A stretch of DNA of 64,000 nt, taken from NCBI GenBank assembly GCA_041576165.1, contig JBFGLM010000016.1, positions 1-64,000 of the forward strand. Reading direction: 5' to 3'. This DNA is from Acidimicrobiia bacterium. GTDB taxonomy: Bacteria > Actinomycetota > Acidimicrobiia > Spongiisociales > Spongiisociaceae. Below the pieces are notes generated by a model, which did no database searches, was not told where the DNA came from, and saw only the letters and a list, made by a program, of their open reading frames with translations. Of this stretch, positions 30,816-40,840 are shown in pieces. The translations under genes and the position numbers were made by a program. The first letter of the stretch is position 1, and the number at the start of each line of letters is the position of its first letter.

Positions 30816-31513
30816 CCTCCGCCGACATGCAGAAACGCGCCTGTGACGTAGCCGGCTTCGTCGGACAGCAGGAAATCCACGACTGCGCCCACATCCGAGT
30901 CGGTTCCATGTCGACCGGCCGGGATCTTGGCCGGGTCGGGCAGCGGATCAGAGTTGTCCATGACGCCGGGCAGAATGGCGTTCACGGTGATGCCGTGCTC
31001 GGCTTCGGTGACGGCCATCGATCGGGTCAGTATCAGAATTCCGAGCTTGCCGATGGAGTATGGCGTGCTGCGGGGCCGGGCGACGATCTTGTCGGCAGAC
31101 GAATCGGAGAAGTTGATGATCCGGCCCCGACCCGAATCGCGAAGCCGTGGTAGCGCCGCCCGCGACACGTAATAGGTGGCGGATACCGTGCTGGCGATCT
31201 GCTGGTCCCATTCGGCGGGCGTCAGCTCGTCGAGGTTCTTCAACAGGAACCCGCCGACATTGTTGATCACCACATCCAGGCCCTCCAGTTGAGCGGCGGC
31301 GTCGTCCACCAGATGTGCAGCTTGGCCGGCGTCGGTGACATCCCCTGAGACGAGCACACCTCTGCCTCCGGCAGCGCCGATCTGCGCAACGACGTCCGCC
31401 GCAGCCGCGGCGCTGCTCCGGTAGTGCACGGCCACTTCATGGCCCTGGGTGCCCAGCCGCACGGCCAGCCCGGCCCCGATCCCCCGAGCCGAACCGGTGA
31501 TGAGAATCTTCAC
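30803..31513 (-). CDS. SDR oxidoreductase, TmpR/FolM-like dihydropteridine/dihydrofolate reductase
   Basis: TGSARGIG, AVHYRSS, NNVGGF, PYSIGK, GGGWNL end; by recollection close to Thermus TmpR; overlaps the folP stop. Confidence 0.75.
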   Translation of the reverse strand: MKILITGSARGIGAGLAVRLGTQGHEVAVHYRSSAAAAADVVAQIGAAGGRGVLVSGDVTDAGQAAHLVDDAAAQLEGLDVVINNVGGFLLKNLDELTPAEWDQQIASTVSATYYVSRAALPRLRDSGRGRIINFSDSSADKIVARPRSTPYSIGKLGILILTRSMAVTEAEHGITVNAILPGVMDNSDPLPDPAKIPAGRHGTDSDVGAVVDFLLSDEAGYVTGAFLHVGGGWNL

Positions 31514-32394
31514 ACCGGCACCCTTCCCTCGCCGAGCCTTCCCATCAGACGGGCCACGTCCGCAATCTCCGCTACATCGTGGATCCTCAGCATGTCCGCT
31601 CCGGATTGCAGGGCGAGCGCCGCCAGAGCCACATTGCGGTACAGGTCGGCCTTGCGGGGCACTGCGTAGAGGACCGGTGCGCCCAAGTCGGCCAGCCGAT
31701 CGAGGTGGGCCGCCACCTCGAACTGCACACGGGTGTACGCGATGTAGTCCGTCTGGTAGGAGATAGCGATTCCCGGATCAACTATGACCTTGGAAAGGCC
31801 TGCGGCGGCCAGTTCTGCCAGTCGTGCTTGGAACGCGGCCTGGATACGCCGGCTCTTGCCGAGGCCGGTGTCGTATTCGCCGGCTTCGTTGGGTGTGCCG
31901 GCCTCGAGGTACATCAACACCGCCGGGACGTCGGCGGCGGCCAAGACTTCAACCATGGCCGGATCCTGCAAGCCGCCCGTATCGTTCACCAGTGCCGCGC
32001 CGGCAGTTATGGCCGCATTCGCCACTTCCGCTTTCCACGTATCGACTGAGACGACGTGTCCCGCCGCGACCAGCGCCTCCACAGTGGGCAGCAGCCGGCG
32101 CACCTCCTCGGCCGGCCCGATGTCGGTGTTGGCGTAGTTGGTGGACTGACCGCCCACGTCGATGACCCGCACGCCAAGTTGGGCGTAGCGTCCGGCCATT
32201 TCCACCGCCGCCTCCGCCGATGGGGCGTACACGTCTCGGTTGGCCGACTCGGGCGACCGATTGATGACCCCCATCAAGACGACCTCGGGACCGCCTACCC
32301 CGACGGTGTGTGTCGAACCTTGCAGGCGGATGACGGGCACGGCTCTCCTTTGTGGGTGCTCGTGCCCGATCGTACTTGGCACGGTCGGGACCAC
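31510..32394 (-). CDS. folP: Dihydropteroate synthase-like protein (divergent substrate loops)
   Basis: MGVIN, IDVGGQST, SVDT, LVND, DPG, RK, RIHDV pterin-binding barrel motifs; start may be ~32342. Confidence 0.85.
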   Translation of the reverse strand: MVPTVPSTIGHEHPQRRAVPVIRLQGSTHTVGVGGPEVVLMGVINRSPESANRDVYAPSAEAAVEMAGRYAQLGVRVIDVGGQSTNYANTDIGPAEEVRRLLPTVEALVAAGHVVSVDTWKAEVANAAITAGAALVNDTGGLQDPAMVEVLAAADVPAVLMYLEAGTPNEAGEYDTGLGKSRRIQAAFQARLAELAAAGLSKVIVDPGIAISYQTDYIAYTRVQFEVAAHLDRLADLGAPVLYAVPRKADLYRNVALAALALQSGADMLRIHDVAEIADVARLMGRLGEGRVPV

Positions 32395-32398
32395 AGAC

Positions 32399-34534
32399 TC
32401 ATCCGGCGGGGGCGAGTGAGATCACGACGTCTCCGTCCCGATCGGTACGGCGGACATCAGCCCCGGTTGCCGTCAACGCTTCGAGAATCCGGTCGCTCGG
32501 ATGCCCGTACGTGTTGGGACCAACGCTGACGACTGCCACCGACGCCCCGACCCCGGCCAGCCAGGCCGGATCAGAGGTGGCCGCACCTTGGTGGGGCACT
32601 TTGAGAACCTGTGCGTGCGGGACCGCCAGGTCCGCCTGGGCGTAGAGCTCGACGTCGCCGGTGAAAAGCACCGTTGTGCCGTCGAGCGTGACCCGGACGA
32701 CCAGCGATTGGTCGTTGGGTGACGCGTAGCGCCGAATCGGTCCCAGCACCTCCAGTGCGACGCCATCGAGGGTCACCCAGGTGCCGGCCGGGGGCACTTC
32801 TATCCGGGTGCCGGCTCTTTGCGCCGCGGCGACCAACCGGGCTAGACGGCCGGAGTCGTCGGGGGGATCCGAATGCCACAGGGTTGTCACCGGGCGCCTG
32901 CCGACCACGGCCTCCAACCCATCGATATGGTCACGATGTGAATGTGAGACGATCAGCAGATCAACCGTGTCGATCCCCCGTTCCTTGAGTTTTCGGTCGA
33001 GCAAGACCGGGTCGGGACCGCCATCGATCAACACGGTCCGGCCGCCTGTGGTGCGGATGGCGGCCGCGTCACCCTGCCCAACGTCAAAGAAGATCACTGA
33101 TGAAGGCGTCAGGCGATCTCCAGTTGCGGGAATCAGGGCGAGCGTGATCACAACCGCAGCGGGGACGCGCAGGAAGGTGAATCTGATGGCGGCGAGGGCA
33201 GCCGCCAATCCGGCCAGCGCCCAGATTCCGGCCGCGGGCAGCGCGGCCCCGAAATGGGCAATTGCCAGCACCGCCTCGGCCAGGCGTACGGCGGCCGTCG
33301 TCATTGCAGCGATGGGTAGTGCGGTGCCCGCTGCTCCCAGCACCGTCGACGCCGCGACCAGCGGGGCAGCAGCCAGATTCAGCGCCGGCCCCCACTCGGG
33401 TATGTCCCCGAAGCGCAGCAGCAATACGGGCGCCACCGCTAGGTGGGCGGCAACCGCAGTCGACATGGCCGGACCGATCACTCGGGCTTGCCAGAATCCG
33501 GCCCCGGCGATCACTCCGGCGGCAGCCGTGACCGAGAGTTGGAAGCCGGCCTCGGCCGCCAGCTCACCCGATACCAGCACCAAACCGCCCACCGCCACAC
33601 CCAGCGCCGACCACGGCGACACCACAATCCCGCCAGCGCGCCCGCCTAGAACAATTGCCGCCATCGTGCATGCGCGCAGCACGGAAGGCTCCCAGCGAGT
33701 GATGGCGGCAAACAGCACCAGGCCGGTCAGACCGCCCACGGCCCGGCGGCGGCTCCCCAACCCAAGCGGCCCCAGCGCCACCCACAATGCCGCCAGAAAC
33801 AGCGCCACGTTGCTGCCCGATACGGCGGTGAAATGCGACAGTCCGGCGGCCCGCATCGCCGCTCGGTCAATCTCGGGCAGCGCCCGCTCGTCACCTATCA
33901 AGAAGCCGCGGACGAGCGCCGCGCCGCGGCTGTGCTGGTGGGGCAGCAGGGCTCGATCCACCCGGCGGCGGACGGCGTTGGCCGCCACCAACAAATGCGA
34001 CGATGTGCCCGTCAATTCCACCGAGCGGGCCGTCAACCGCCAGCCGTAGGCTGTCCCCCGGGCGATGCCTCCAACCGGACGTGCCGAACCGCGCACGGTC
34101 ACGACCTCGCCGACCGCCAGCGAGCCGGGGACCGCACCCTGGAGCAGCACGGGCGGCCAGCCGCGGGCGCCGCTTTCCGGGTCGAGCGGGTAGGCAACTG
34201 CCCAGACGCCGTATCGACCGGCCTCAGCGTCGGTCTTCAGCTCCAGCGCCAGCGCGACGGGGCCCTCCGGCCCGCCTGCGGCGACCGTGGCGGCCTGCGC
34301 TCTGGCTGCGGCAGTCCCGCTCACCACCCCGGCCATGGTCGCTGCCAGTCCCAAGGCGGCGACCCCCCACGAGACCCGTTCCGACCGGATGGCCAGTGCA
34401 GCCAGCCCGAGCAATCCCAGGAGCAGCGGCAGGGCGCGGCCGACCGGCGCCGCCAGGGCACCGAGCCAAACCAGAGCGGCGAGCCCGACGATCGTGCGGT
34501 CACGTCCCGCGGGCAGGCGAAGGCGTCCGGTCAC
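32399..34534 (-). CDS. comEC: ComEC/Rec2 competence protein
   Basis: GLSHFTAVSGSN, FQLS, DVGQGD, SHSHRDH, YGHP. Confidence 0.94.
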   Translation of the reverse strand: MTGRLRLPAGRDRTIVGLAALVWLGALAAPVGRALPLLLGLLGLAALAIRSERVSWGVAALGLAATMAGVVSGTAAARAQAATVAAGGPEGPVALALELKTDAEAGRYGVWAVAYPLDPESGARGWPPVLLQGAVPGSLAVGEVVTVRGSARPVGGIARGTAYGWRLTARSVELTGTSSHLLVAANAVRRRVDRALLPHQHSRGAALVRGFLIGDERALPEIDRAAMRAAGLSHFTAVSGSNVALFLAALWVALGPLGLGSRRRAVGGLTGLVLFAAITRWEPSVLRACTMAAIVLGGRAGGIVVSPWSALGVAVGGLVLVSGELAAEAGFQLSVTAAAGVIAGAGFWQARVIGPAMSTAVAAHLAVAPVLLLRFGDIPEWGPALNLAAAPLVAASTVLGAAGTALPIAAMTTAAVRLAEAVLAIAHFGAALPAAGIWALAGLAAALAAIRFTFLRVPAAVVITLALIPATGDRLTPSSVIFFDVGQGDAAAIRTTGGRTVLIDGGPDPVLLDRKLKERGIDTVDLLIVSHSHRDHIDGLEAVVGRRPVTTLWHSDPPDDSGRLARLVAAAQRAGTRIEVPPAGTWVTLDGVALEVLGPIRRYASPNDQSLVVRVTLDGTTVLFTGDVELYAQADLAVPHAQVLKVPHQGAATSDPAWLAGVGASVAVVSVGPNTYGHPSDRILEALTATGADVRRTDRDGDVVISLAPAG

Positions 34535-35118
34535 GGGATGACGATCTGGTCGCGCAGCTCGGCCAGCCTCCCTTCTCCGATGCCGGGAACGTCGAGCAGG
34601 TCCTCCACCACCAGAAAGGGTCCGTGGGCATTGCGATAGTCCAGGATCCGCCCGGCCAGCACCGGCCCCACCCCTGGCAGCCGTTGGAGATCCTCCACTG
34701 TGGCCTGATTGACAGCAACCTTGTCCTCCGACGCGCCGCCGCCCACCGCCGCTCGAGGGGACTGCTCACCGGTACGCGGTATATGCACCTGGATGCCGTC
34801 CATGAGTCCGGCGGCCAGATTGACAGATCTCGTATCGGCCACCGGCGCGAAGCCGCCGGCGGCCGCAACCGCATCCGCAACCCGCGAGGTGGCCGCCAAC
34901 CTGACCAGACCCGGATCCGCAACCGCTCCCGAGACGTGCACAACAATGGTGGCCGCGGTGGATGGGATGGTTGCGAGGGGCGCCAATTGGGCGTCGGTGT
35001 CGACCCCGCCCGGCGGGGCCGCCGCAACGGGCACCGGTGTTGCACTTGACCGCAGCCACACCATCACGACCGTTACGACGAGCGCCACCCAGATCAGTTG
35101 CCACGTGCGGGCGCTCAT
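34531..35118 (-). CDS. comEA: ComEA DNA-binding protein
   Basis: VHVSGAV SLBB domain; LPGVGPVLA and VPGIGE HhH motifs. Confidence 0.94.
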   Translation of the reverse strand: MSARTWQLIWVALVVTVVMVWLRSSATPVPVAAAPPGGVDTDAQLAPLATIPSTAATIVVHVSGAVADPGLVRLAATSRVADAVAAAGGFAPVADTRSVNLAAGLMDGIQVHIPRTGEQSPRAAVGGGASEDKVAVNQATVEDLQRLPGVGPVLAGRILDYRNAHGPFLVVEDLLDVPGIGEGRLAELRDQIVIP

Positions 35119-35288
35119 CGCCGGCTCCTTGCGCTGGGTACAGCCGGCAGCAATCCAGCGGTGCTACCGGAGCGTGCGCGGGGGAAGTCGACGACCAGGC
35201 GACGCCGGGTCGTGCTCTGCGGTTCTTGTAGCAAACACGGCTCCCGGAGTGAATACCCTTGCCAGATCAGCAGCAGAAGGGAGCCGTC

Positions 35289-36092
35289 ATGGATCAGTAC
35301 CGTGTGGTGCCCGGGACGACCGTGGATCTATCCCAGCATGACCCTCGGGACCTCGGCGGGTTCACAGGCGGGAAATCGGCCGGCAAGGCCGCCGCCCGGG
35401 AAGGCAATGCGGAGCTCGAGTTACTCCAGGAACTGCTGTACGCCCAAGGCAAACACAAGATGCTCATCGTGCTCCAGGCGATGGACACCGGCGGCAAGGA
35501 CGGCACGATCCGTCACGTCTTCGACGGGACCAACCCCCAGGGCGTAAAGGTCGCATCGTTCAAGAAGCCCACGCCTGAGGAGCTCGCCCACGACTATCTC
35601 TGGCGGATCCACCAACACACTCCCGCCAACGGCGAGATCACCATCTTCAACCGCAGCCATTACGAGGACGTCCTGGTGGTGCGAGTGCACAACCTGGTTC
35701 CGCCCAACGTGTGGCAGCGACGCTACGACCACATCAATGCCTTCGAAAAGCTGCTCGCCGACGAGGGAACCACGATCGTCAAGTTCTTCCTCCATATCTC
35801 GAAGGAGGAACAACGGGAGCGCCTCCAGGCGAGGGTCGACACCCCAGAGAAGAACTGGAAGTTTGCCTTCGGCGACCTGGACGAGAGAAAGCGGTGGGAC
35901 GATTACATCTCGGCGTACGAGGCTGCGCTGAGCCGAACCAGCAGCGAGTGGGCGCCGTGGTACGTGGTGCCGGCAGACCGGAAGTGGTATCGCAACCTCG
36001 TCATCACGCGGGTGCTCACCGACACGTTGAAAGGCCTGAACATGTCGTATCCGGAGCCGACGACGGATCTCACGGGGGTCATTGTCGAGTGA
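35289..36092 (+). CDS. ppk2: Polyphosphate kinase 2 (class III-like)
   Basis: [36 protein letters not shown]. Confidence 0.93.
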   Translation: MDQYRVVPGTTVDLSQHDPRDLGGFTGGKSAGKAAAREGNAELELLQELLYAQGKHKMLIVLQAMDTGGKDGTIRHVFDGTNPQGVKVASFKKPTPEELAHDYLWRIHQHTPANGEITIFNRSHYEDVLVVRVHNLVPPNVWQRRYDHINAFEKLLADEGTTIVKFFLHISKEEQRERLQARVDTPEKNWKFAFGDLDERKRWDDYISAYEAALSRTSSEWAPWYVVPADRKWYRNLVITRVLTDTLKGLNMSYPEPTTDLTGVIVE

Positions 36093-36850
36093 GCCTTATT
36101 GAAGCCATCGAATGGTCCGGCAACCGAACCTGGCCGGCGCTGGAAGGCGACATCTATGACGGGTGGCTTTTGCGCGCCTCCGGCGGGGTGACCCGCCGCG
36201 CCAACTCGGTCACGGTCTATCGGCCGTCGCGGATTCCGCTTTCCGAGAAGGTCGACCACTGCGAACGCTGGTATCACGCCCGCCGCCTACCCACCATCTT
36301 TCGTACCACGCCGCTCACGGACGCGGCCGTACACGCCGAGTTGGACCAACGGGGCTATACCAACGTGGATGGGGCGATCGTCATGATCCGCCCGCTCACT
36401 GCCCGCATCGACCGCGAGCCGGTCGAGGTCGATCCGATGCCATCCGACGCATGGTGGGAGTTGTTCGAGGCTGATCGCGAGCTGCCGGTGGATCGAGTCA
36501 CGCTGATGTGTATGTGGGAAACCCAACACGTCGAGAAAGGCTTCCTCGTCCGTCGCAACGGCACCGAAGCGGTGGCGATCGGCTCGGCTGCCGTGGACGG
36601 TCCGTTCACCGGCATTTTCAACATGCGCACCGCCTCCCACCTCCGTAGGAACGGGCACGGAAGCGCCGTACTGGAGGACCTGCTGCGGTGGGCGCAGGCC
36701 CGCCGGTCGACGCATGCTTACCTCCAGGTGATGCCCCACAATCACGCGGCGCGGGCGCTCTACGGGAGTATGGGTTTCGAACCGTTGTACGAGTACCGCT
36801 ACCGGGTGAAGCCGTCCCCGCAGCTACGCTCGATACATGACACTCTTTGA
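36089..36850 (+). CDS. GNAT-family acetyltransferase
   Basis: [16 protein letters not shown]; [19 protein letters not shown]. Confidence 0.88.
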   Translation: MSLIEAIEWSGNRTWPALEGDIYDGWLLRASGGVTRRANSVTVYRPSRIPLSEKVDHCERWYHARRLPTIFRTTPLTDAAVHAELDQRGYTNVDGAIVMIRPLTARIDREPVEVDPMPSDAWWELFEADRELPVDRVTLMCMWETQHVEKGFLVRRNGTEAVAIGSAAVDGPFTGIFNMRTASHLRRNGHGSAVLEDLLRWAQARRSTHAYLQVMPHNHAARALYGSMGFEPLYEYRYRVKPSPQLRSIHDTL

Positions 36851-37598
36851 CCTCACGGGTCACGTCAGCGTCGTGACCGGCGGAAACGGCGGCATCGGGC
36901 TCGGTCTGGCGACCGGGCTCGCCAAATCGGGGGCCTCGCTCGCTATCTGGGCTCGGAATGAAGAGAAGAACCAGGCCGCCACCGCCACCCTGGAAGCGCT
37001 CGGAGCCGAGGTCATTGCGCTTGGTTGTGATGTCACCGACCCCGGCGATGTCGAGACATCGATGGCGGAGACCCTGGAACGGTTCGGACGGGTCGATTCC
37101 ATGTTCGTCAACGCAGGTACGTCCGGAGCAGACAAGTTCGTCGATTTCGAACTCGAGGAGTTCGAGCGGGTGATGACCGTCAACGTGACCGGTGCGTTCC
37201 TGTGCATGCAGGCTGCGGTTCGCCACATGCTGGACCGAGGCGGGGGCGGCTCCATCGTGGCGGTGGCGTCGGTGGCGGCCACGAAGGGAAACCGATTCAG
37301 CCCTCACTACTCGGCCTCAAAAGGCGGGATCCGCCAGCTCGCCCGGGCGCTCTCAACCGAGGTGGGCCGCGAGGGCATCAACGTCAACATCATCTCGCCC
37401 GGCTTCGTTCGCAGCGAGATGACCGCTCCGTTGGCCGGTGTGCCCGGCTTTGAGGAGGCGATCCGGACCCGGGTCCCGCTAGCGAGATGGGGTGAACCGG
37501 AAGACTACGAGCGTGCCGCCGTGTTTCTGGCGGCTGAAGCCGGGGGGTTCATGTCGGGCACCGAGATCATCATCGACGGCGGCCTCCACGTCTTCTGA
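36837..37598 (+). CDS. SDR oxidoreductase
   Basis: TGGNGGIG, NAG, YSASK. Confidence 0.92.
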   Translation: MTLFDLTGHVSVVTGGNGGIGLGLATGLAKSGASLAIWARNEEKNQAATATLEALGAEVIALGCDVTDPGDVETSMAETLERFGRVDSMFVNAGTSGADKFVDFELEEFERVMTVNVTGAFLCMQAAVRHMLDRGGGGSIVAVASVAATKGNRFSPHYSASKGGIRQLARALSTEVGREGINVNIISPGFVRSEMTAPLAGVPGFEEAIRTRVPLARWGEPEDYERAAVFLAAEAGGFMSGTEIIIDGGLHVF

Positions 37599-37602
37599 GC
37601 CA

Positions 37603-37986
37603 TCACGGCGATAGCCCCTCCGCGATGGCCCGCGCCTCGCGTTCAAGGGAAATCGCCGTATAGGCGGCCTGGTGGGATTTGCGGCGCAACCGGCCGCCTG
37701 CGTACTCCCCCAGGTATCTGAGGGAGAAGTGGAGCCAACCCAGGCGCCGCCATTGCTGGACGTGCACCAGTTCGTGCACGATCAGGCCGGCTCCCAAGCG
37801 GAGGGACGCGGCCGGCATGTAGATCCCCCAGGGCATCGTGATGGCCAGCGCCCGTCCCTCCCACAACGGGTCCAGCCAGCCTGGGGTGACATACACCGGG
37901 GTGTGCAGCGACCCGTCCGGCACGAGCTGGGTGACCCGATCGAGCGCGGCGCCCTTCTCGATCAGCAGTTGGGCCGGCGATCGCAT
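37603..37986 (-). CDS. DUF4157-like HExxH protein
   Basis: AITMP...LIVHELVHVQQW...AYTAISLEREAR. Confidence 0.7.
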   Translation of the reverse strand: MRSPAQLLIEKGAALDRVTQLVPDGSLHTPVYVTPGWLDPLWEGRALAITMPWGIYMPAASLRLGAGLIVHELVHVQQWRRLGWLHFSLRYLGEYAGGRLRRKSHQAAYTAISLEREARAIAEGLSP

Positions 37987-38029
37987 GGTCCCGAGGACGA
38001 TAGGTGCCGGGCGGCGCCGCCTGCGGCCT

Positions 38030-40759
38030 TCACACCACCACGTTGACGAGGTTGGGTGGGCGCGCGATGACCTTGCGTACTTCGGCGCCGTCGATGTGCT
38101 TGACGACGTTGTCGGCCGCCAGCGCCAGTTCGGTCGCCTCGGCTTCGGTGATGTCGGCCGACACTTCCACCCGGGCGCGCAGCTTGCCGTTGACCTGCAC
38201 CACCATTGTGACCGTGTCATCCCGGGCGGCCTCCTCGTCGACCTCGGGCCACGACTGGAGATGCACGCTCTCGGAGTGACCCATCCGATGCCAGAGTTCC
38301 TCGGTGATGTGGGGGGCAATCGGAGCCAGAAGCTTGACCAGCAGCTCCGCTGCTTCCGCGAAGGCCTCCGCCGTAACGTTGCCCGTAGACGACACCTCAT
38401 TGAGCGTGTTGCGGAGCTTCATGAGTTCGGCGACCGCCGTATTCCATTTGAAGTTCTCGATATCGGAGCCAACCTTGCCAATCGCCTGGTGGGCCTGTCG
38501 ACGCAACGCGGCTGTGGCGCTTGCGTCAGTTTCGCTTTCGCTGTAACCGAGCGTGCCCAGCCGCCACACATCCTGGATGAATCGATGGGCGCCCCTGATG
38601 CCCCGGCTGTCCCAAGGGCCACCCTTCTCCCACTCAAACGCAAACATCAAATATGTGCGCACGGTGTCTGCGCCGTACGCCTTGACCAGTTCGTCCGGAG
38701 CGACGACGTTGCCACGCGACTTGGACATCCGTTGCACATCCAGCCGGTGCTGGAGTTGCGTGACGTCGTTGTCACCAGGTATAGACGGGATGTTGACCGT
38801 TGCGGTGGCGGGCACTTCGACGATCACCGGATCGCCATCGGCGGGTTGGACGTGGAGGACGTTCTCGGTGCGCCGGACCAGCTCACCGGCCACCCGCTCG
38901 GCGTCGGATGAGGCCGGTTCATCGTGTCCGACGACCCGGACGCTTTTGGCCATGAACCGGTCATCCGCCCAGGACCCCGCTATCTCCACCCGGTCGCCCA
39001 ATCGCTCCTCCCCCAGGATCTGACCCTGGTTGCGCAGCATGACGAACGGCTCATCGAACGCGGCAAGCTGGTCCCGGCCGTGCGCCTTCATGGCGGCAAC
39101 AGTGTCGTCGAACATGCCGAGATCCCGCATGGCCTTGACGAAGAAGCGGGCATACATCAGGTGGAGGACTGCATGCTCCGCCCCGCCGGTATACGTGTCG
39201 ACCGGCAACCAGTAGGCCGCTTCTTCCGGGTCGAATGGGGCCGTATCCAGCTGCGGCGACAAGTAGCGGAACCAGTACCAGGACGAGCACATGAAGGTGT
39301 CGAGCGTGTCGGTTTCCCTGGTCGCCGGGCGGCCCTGGCCGTCCACCGTGTGAAGGAAAGGCTCGTGGTAGGTCAAGGGACTGCGCCCGGAGGGCTGGAA
39401 ATCAACCTTGTCGGGCAGCTCCACCGGCAGCTCCGAGTCCGGAACGGGCACGATCCCATCTTCCGTGTAGATGATCGGGATGGGACTGCCCCAGTAGCGC
39501 TGACGGCCGATGATCCAGTCCCGCAGCCGGTACTGCACCGCGCCTTCACCGTGGCCCTCGGCCTCCAACCATTCGATGATTCGAGCCTTGGCGTCGTCGA
39601 GATCGAGGCCGTTGAGAAACCCTGAGTTGATCGCCGGCCCCTCGCCCAGGTACGCCTTGCCTTCGAAGTCGGGCGGGGGCTGCACCGTACGCACGATCGG
39701 CAGTTCGTATTGTTCTGCGAACTCCCAGTCGCGCTCGTCTTGTCCGGGGACCGCCATGATTGCTCCGGTGCCATACGTCAACAGCACGTAGTCGGCGATC
39801 CACACCGGCAACCTGGCGCCGTTGACCGGATTGAGCGCATATCCGCCCGTGAAGACGCCGGTCTTGTCACGCGACAGGTCAACCCGTTCCAGCTCGCTCC
39901 GGCCCGCGGCCATCTCCTTGTACGCGATGACTTCATCCCAGTGGCTTTCGGTCGTGAGCACCTCGACCAGCGGATGCTCCGGTGCCAGCACCATGAACGT
40001 AGCGCCGAAGAGCGTGTCGGGCCGCGTCGTGAACACCTCAATGTCGTCGCCACCGTCGGTGTGGAACCGAATACGGGCGCCTTCGGACCGGCCGATCCAG
40101 TTGGTCTGCATCGTCTTGATCGGCTCCGGCCAGTCCATACCCTCGAACGAGAGCAGTTCCTCGGCGTAGTTCGTGATCCGGAAAAACCACTGCTCCATCA
40201 TGCGCTGGACGACAGGCTGGCCGGTACGTTCGTCTTTGCCGTCGATCACCTGCTCGTTGGCCAGCACGGTCTGCAGCGTCGGTGACCAGTTGACCAGTGC
40301 CTCACTCCGGTAGGCCAGGTCGTTCTCGTAGAACTTCTTGAAGAACCACTGCGACCATCGGTAGTACTCGGGCGTGCATGAGATCGCCTCGCGCCGCCAG
40401 TCGAACATCGCCCCCATCGACTTCAGCTGGGTGCGCATTCGCTCGATGTTGTCGTAGGTCCAGATTCGCGGATCGATGTTGCGCTGGATCGCGGCGTTTT
40501 CGGCCGGCAAACCGAACGCGTCGAAGCCCATCGGGAACAGGACGTTGTAACCCTTCATCCGCATGTACCGGGCTCGGGCATCACCGGGCGTCATGGCATA
40601 CCAGTGACCCATGTGCAGATCACCACTCGGGTAGGGCAGCATCGTGAGCGCGTAATGCTTGGGACGGCCCCAATCGACGTCGGAGTGGTACAGGCCGGTC
40701 TCTTCCCACACCTGCTGCCATTTCGCTTCGGTGGCGTTGTGGTCGTAGCGCTCTTGCAT
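38030..40759 (-). CDS. leuS: Leucine--tRNA ligase
   Basis: MLPYPSGDLHMGH, FTTRPDT, YGTGAIMAVP, RMSKSRGN, VQVNGKLR. Confidence 0.97.
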   Translation of the reverse strand: MQERYDHNATEAKWQQVWEETGLYHSDVDWGRPKHYALTMLPYPSGDLHMGHWYAMTPGDARARYMRMKGYNVLFPMGFDAFGLPAENAAIQRNIDPRIWTYDNIERMRTQLKSMGAMFDWRREAISCTPEYYRWSQWFFKKFYENDLAYRSEALVNWSPTLQTVLANEQVIDGKDERTGQPVVQRMMEQWFFRITNYAEELLSFEGMDWPEPIKTMQTNWIGRSEGARIRFHTDGGDDIEVFTTRPDTLFGATFMVLAPEHPLVEVLTTESHWDEVIAYKEMAAGRSELERVDLSRDKTGVFTGGYALNPVNGARLPVWIADYVLLTYGTGAIMAVPGQDERDWEFAEQYELPIVRTVQPPPDFEGKAYLGEGPAINSGFLNGLDLDDAKARIIEWLEAEGHGEGAVQYRLRDWIIGRQRYWGSPIPIIYTEDGIVPVPDSELPVELPDKVDFQPSGRSPLTYHEPFLHTVDGQGRPATRETDTLDTFMCSSWYWFRYLSPQLDTAPFDPEEAAYWLPVDTYTGGAEHAVLHLMYARFFVKAMRDLGMFDDTVAAMKAHGRDQLAAFDEPFVMLRNQGQILGEERLGDRVEIAGSWADDRFMAKSVRVVGHDEPASSDAERVAGELVRRTENVLHVQPADGDPVIVEVPATATVNIPSIPGDNDVTQLQHRLDVQRMSKSRGNVVAPDELVKAYGADTVRTYLMFAFEWEKGGPWDSRGIRGAHRFIQDVWRLGTLGYSESETDASATAALRRQAHQAIGKVGSDIENFKWNTAVAELMKLRNTLNEVSSTGNVTAEAFAEAAELLVKLLAPIAPHITEELWHRMGHSESVHLQSWPEVDEEAARDDTVTMVVQVNGKLRARVEVSADITEAEATELALAADNVVKHIDGAEVRKVIARPPNLVNVVV

Positions 40760-40840
40760 GTGACCTGAGATGGTATCGCAGCCGTGGCCCGGGGAGGTCG
40801 TCATTGCGGCCAGCGGCTCTAGGGAGGGTACGCTGGCGCC

